From NCBI GenBank assembly GCA_964247135.1, contig CAXTTL010000084.1, positions 1-18,011 of the forward strand: a stretch of DNA of 18,011 bases, written 5' to 3'. The position numbers and the translations under genes were made by a program. The stretch is from an uncultured Deinococcales bacterium. Its GTDB lineage: Bacteria > Deinococcota > Deinococci > Deinococcales > JAAFIG01. The notes under the pieces are model-generated. The model worked only from the letters and a program-made list of their open reading frames with translations, did not search any database and had not been told where the DNA came from. Below, in pieces: positions 14,678-18,011 of the stretch (position 1 is its first letter; each line of letters opens with the position of its first letter).

Positions 14678-17029
14678 TTAACGCTCGAGAATGACGCTCG
14701 AGTAATTTGGATCGGCTTTGATTTGCGCGTCGCTAAACGGCAATTTGACAAATTTCTTTTGCGAGTACAATTCGGTCTGGTCGGCATAATGCGCGTTGTC
14801 CGACTGCGGGCTGAGCGAGTACGACAAGAGCGCCTCGGCTTGCGGGTTGTTGTCCGCGTCCCAAGTCACGGTCTGCATGTAACTCGAGCCGTGCATAGGT
14901 TCGTAATGTCCGTCTTTCAAGATTGCGCCCTGATAGTTGTACACGCCCTCATCGCTCGAGCCGCCATGAATCGGGATGTGCTTGTCGCCACGAACTGCGT
15001 ATTGCACGCTGCCAAGGCTGGCATCGAGCGGCACTTTTTGTTTCTCGAGATCAAACACGGCGTCCGTGATCGCGGCATAGACTTGCTCGAGAATCGCGGG
15101 GTCGGTTTTCAAATCCCTGGGTGTGTTGACGGGGTCATTCACATCAAATGGGACTGCCCATAAATCTATCTTTTTGGCTTTAGACCAGAATTCGCGCCAG
15201 ATCACCGCACCCACGCTCTCAAGGTTTTCGCGTTTGTCCCATTTGGCAAGAATCGCGCACGGTTTCTCGAGTTTGCTCGGGCAGTTTTTCACCACCGCAT
15301 CGGTTAATAATTCCGCGCTGAGGTTGCGGTTGGAAAACAAGATTTGTTGCAATTTTTCCAAACTGAATTTGTTGCCAGCCAAACCATCCGTGCCTGCCAG
15401 TCGCTCGAGGATTTGCTTGTAACCAAGACGGGTTCTCAAGCTTCTGGCAGTACCCTCATCGCCGATAATTCTGGGGAAACCGATCAGGGGTTGCTGCAAA
15501 CTCGAGAGCCAATAACTGTCGTTCGAGTTCATGACCCAGTCCGAACGGGTGAGGCTCGGCATGTTTTTGCCAGCGATGATGCCAGCCTGCGGTGCGCCAT
15601 TGTCATTGTCCCAATCGCAGGCACTCGAGCTGCCATCGAGAATCGGCAATTTGGCGGCGGCGTAAATCGCCTTGCCCAAAAAGCCTTGGACGCACTGCTT
15701 GATTTTCTCTTGGCTCACATTCGGCACCACGCTGATATCAGCATAAAACGCATTGCCTGCCGCATCCGCCGCAATGGTATTGACCCAAGGCACCGCCACA
15801 TTTTGCTCGAGCGCCCGTTTGATCCCCGCCACACTTTTTGCCTGGTTGATGCGCCACCACTGTTCAATAAACCTCGAATTTTCCGCGTTGGCATCGCGGA
15901 TGGTATAGGCGAACGTGCTGCCCCAAGTCATACGCAAGGCATCGCTGGCAATCATTTGACCAAAATGCGTGCGCCACAAAGTCCGACTGACATTTTTGAG
16001 GCTGCCGTCGGGCTGTAACACTTGTACTGTCACGGTTTTGCTGGTCATCTTGCGTTTTTCGCCGTCGAACCAATATGAGGTTGGGTCGCCCGCCACCAAT
16101 TTGAGTTCAAAAATCGTGAAACGAAATGCGGTGGAAACCGTGTGCGACCATGCCACGCGGTTGTTAAAACCGATGTTGACCACCGGCACACCCGCCAAAC
16201 TGCCGCCCATGACGTCCAATTTGCCAGGAATGGTCAAGTGCATTTCATAAAATCGGTCTGGTCCAAACCACGGGAAATGCGGGTTGCCCAACAGCATCCC
16301 CCTGCCGTTCTCGGTCACGTCGCGCCCGAGTGCCACGGCGTTGCTGCCCAATTTGGCTTCGTCGGTATCGAGCCTTAAAAAGTCTCGAACCTCTTGGCGT
16401 GACGGAAGCTTCAGGTCTGGTCCGCTCGAGGTTTTTGTGCTGTAGGTCGGCGCTTGTGCCGCGTAAATGGCGTCGGTCAGCGGTTCGCTCGAGGCGTGCG
16501 AGACTTGCTCGAAGTTGTGCCTCAGCAAATCCAAGACCGTGATTTCGCGCAAGTATTTGGCGTCTTTGCAGTCCTGCGAGAATTTACCTTCATTGATAAA
16601 ACGGTTGTAACCCTCGACATAACCCGTCATTTCTTCTTGAAGCTCATGGGGGCTGGCGTTATATGCCTTGACCAAGGCGTTTTCGTCGTAGAACGTTTTG
16701 AAAAAAAAGTCGCTGCGCAAATTGTTGAAACCAGTCCTCGACGCGCCAGATTGCAAACTCGAGCCGTCTGGTCCAAAAAATTTGGATCGCTCGCCAGAAA
16801 TGGTGGTCAAGTGATTGGCGAACATGCAGTGGTTGTCGGTCGCAAAGGCGTAGCCCAAGCCGTAACCCAAGCTGCCGTAATCCTCGGCTTTGATGTGCGG
16901 AATACCATAACTGGTGCGCCGAATCTCGACGCGGTAATGTTCGGTGTCGTGCGCCAAACCCACCACACCAACCGCCAATGCGAGCAAGCCCAATCCAACA
17001 CCAAACGCAAATCGTTTGTTTAAATCCAT
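14678..17029 (-). CDS. Penicillin acylase family (S45) Ntn hydrolase, PvdQ / aculeacin-A acylase / AHL-acylase-like
   Basis: Signal peptide, IRRTSYGIPHI, beta-chain nucleophile GSNAVALG, LLGNPHFPW, AWSHTVS, PWVNTIAAD, NSNDSYW. AAGGAG RBS before ATG 17029. Confidence 0.9.
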   Translation of the reverse strand: MDLNKRFAFGVGLGLLALAVGVVGLAHDTEHYRVEIRRTSYGIPHIKAEDYGSLGYGLGYAFATDNHCMFANHLTTISGERSKFFGPDGSSLQSGASRTGFNNLRSDFFFKTFYDENALVKAYNASPHELQEEMTGYVEGYNRFINEGKFSQDCKDAKYLREITVLDLLRHNFEQVSHASSEPLTDAIYAAQAPTYSTKTSSGPDLKLPSRQEVRDFLRLDTDEAKLGSNAVALGRDVTENGRGMLLGNPHFPWFGPDRFYEMHLTIPGKLDVMGGSLAGVPVVNIGFNNRVAWSHTVSTAFRFTIFELKLVAGDPTSYWFDGEKRKMTSKTVTVQVLQPDGSLKNVSRTLWRTHFGQMIASDALRMTWGSTFAYTIRDANAENSRFIEQWWRINQAKSVAGIKRALEQNVAVPWVNTIAADAAGNAFYADISVVPNVSQEKIKQCVQGFLGKAIYAAAKLPILDGSSSACDWDNDNGAPQAGIIAGKNMPSLTRSDWVMNSNDSYWLSSLQQPLIGFPRIIGDEGTARSLRTRLGYKQILERLAGTDGLAGNKFSLEKLQQILFSNRNLSAELLTDAVVKNCPSKLEKPCAILAKWDKRENLESVGAVIWREFWSKAKKIDLWAVPFDVNDPVNTPRDLKTDPAILEQVYAAITDAVFDLEKQKVPLDASLGSVQYAVRGDKHIPIHGGSSDEGVYNYQGAILKDGHYEPMHGSSYMQTVTWDADNNPQAEALLSYSLSPQSDNAHYADQTELYSQKKFVKLPFSDAQIKADPNYSSVILER

Positions 17030-17054
17030 GCCATTTCTCCTTTTGTTCAGGGCA

Positions 17055-17831
17055 TTATGACCCAGATTTGAAATGGATATTGAAATGCACGATTTTCTCG
17101 AGGGTTGCCGCAATCACAGCACGGTCTTGATTTTGAATGACCGACTCAAGCAATATTGCCGTTTGCGTGTATAAGTCGAGCGCCGCCCATGCTCGAAGCT
17201 CGAGCGAAACGGTTTTTAGCCCAAGTGCAATTTGTTGCAGTTCAACCCATCGCGTCTCGGGTACGAGGTGTTCACGCACAAGCTTGAAATAGCGATTTTC
17301 ACTGTCAATCATGATGCCTTGGGCAACAGCAACGATCCGTGTCATGCCTTCAGCGATTCCCCAAACTGGTGCAATCATCCGTTCAAGGTCATGCAACTCG
17401 AGACCACCCATCATTTTATGAACTTCTTCAGCCCAAGCTTGAAGTTGCTGACTTGCCCAAACGTTGGCTTGTGCTTGCAAATTGGAAAAGTCAAACTCGA
17501 GCGCCAAATGCTTGAAGTGCGCCAAAATTTCGTGTGGATCGTACAAAATCTTGGCTTGCCTGAAACCTGGTACAGCCCAAATGGCATGTTCGGGTCTGGA
17601 AAATTCGAGCATGATTTTTTCTTGGGTCATGTACGTGATGCTGATCAGAACATTGTTGCGGTATTCGTAACGGTGGCTTTCTCTTGGTTCAGAGGCACAC
17701 AAGACCTTTAAATCGATATCGCTGTGGGTATTTTCTTCACCTCGAGCCAAGCTGCCCGTTAAAAAAATGCCCAGGGTTTCAACGTCCTTGAGTTCGGCGA
17801 TCAATGTTTTGAGTAATGGTTCAACATTCAT
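17055..17831 (-). CDS. Nucleotidyltransferase-domain protein (Pol-beta type, KNTase-like architecture)
   Basis: LTGSLARGE..HSDIDL motif plus a helical C-terminal domain; ATG 17831 lies 2 nt after the upstream stop. Confidence 0.8.
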   Translation of the reverse strand: MNVEPLLKTLIAELKDVETLGIFLTGSLARGEENTHSDIDLKVLCASEPRESHRYEYRNNVLISITYMTQEKIMLEFSRPEHAIWAVPGFRQAKILYDPHEILAHFKHLALEFDFSNLQAQANVWASQQLQAWAEEVHKMMGGLELHDLERMIAPVWGIAEGMTRIVAVAQGIMIDSENRYFKLVREHLVPETRWVELQQIALGLKTVSLELRAWAALDLYTQTAILLESVIQNQDRAVIAATLEKIVHFNIHFKSGS

Positions 17832-17833
17832 GC

Positions 17834-18011
17834 TCAAAACCAATCGGGTTTCATCTCGAGCACCGTCACATCCAAACTCGAGAGTACGTTTGACCAAACC
17901 CAAACTTTGGGCAGTTCAAATCGGTAAAAGTACGTGCAGGTTTGAATTTTGCCCGTATAGAAGCTCAAATCATCTTCGGATGGTGACTTTTTTAAGGCTC
18001 GAGCCACGACC
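17834..18011 (-). CDS. Acyl-CoA dehydrogenase, C-terminal fragment
   Basis: My own translation: VVARALKKSPSEDDLSFYTGKIQTCTYFYRFELPKVWVWSNVLSSLDVTVLEMKPDWF*. FYxGKxxxxxYFxxxELP is typical of the acyl-CoA dehydrogenase C-terminal domain. Confidence 0.8.
   Translation of the reverse strand, partial: VVARALKKSPSEDDLSFYTGKIQTCTYFYRFELPKVWVWSNVLSSLDVTVLEMKPDWF

Larger units (their letters stand above)
159..18003. repeat. Dispersed highly iterated palindrome CTCGAG (about 133 copies)
   Basis: Line-by-line hand count of about 133, against about 4-5 expected for a random hexamer in 18 kb; present in coding and intergenic DNA. Confidence 0.95.

Noticed and set aside
159-18003. CTCGAG abundance as a CRISPR array or a restriction-ligation artefact
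   Set aside because: Spacing is irregular, there is no longer repeat, and conserved genes read intact through the sites in all frames.

Overview
Chromosomal window of a bacterium that is most likely Deinococcota. The evidence is the FtsY N-terminus style, TANNNT -10 boxes directly in front of start codons, and an RDRM-like operator. Genes: ftsY (partial), a Uma2 endonuclease, YidB/DUF937, a small YccF-like membrane protein, gltX, an 8-oxoguanine-deaminase-like amidohydrolase, ftsE-ftsX-envC-like, an AstE/AspA-family hydrolase, recN, a WGR-DUF1963 protein, an M20 peptidase, three secreted proteins (two apparently fused), a PvdQ-like Ntn acylase, a nucleotidyltransferase and the 3' end of an acyl-CoA dehydrogenase. 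The strongest signal is not a gene. The palindrome CTCGAG occurs about 133 times by hand count (about 1 per 135 bp, roughly 30-fold above chance). It appears in all three reading frames, between genes and often right at gene ends, like a HIP1-type highly iterated palindrome. Also present: GTAG-type REP/REPIN elements flanking the deaminase (one inside the predicted gltX 5' UTR), an RDRM-like palindrome over the promoter of the WGR gene upstream of recN, a probable stop-loss gene fusion, and a heptamer repeat array between ftsE and ftsX.
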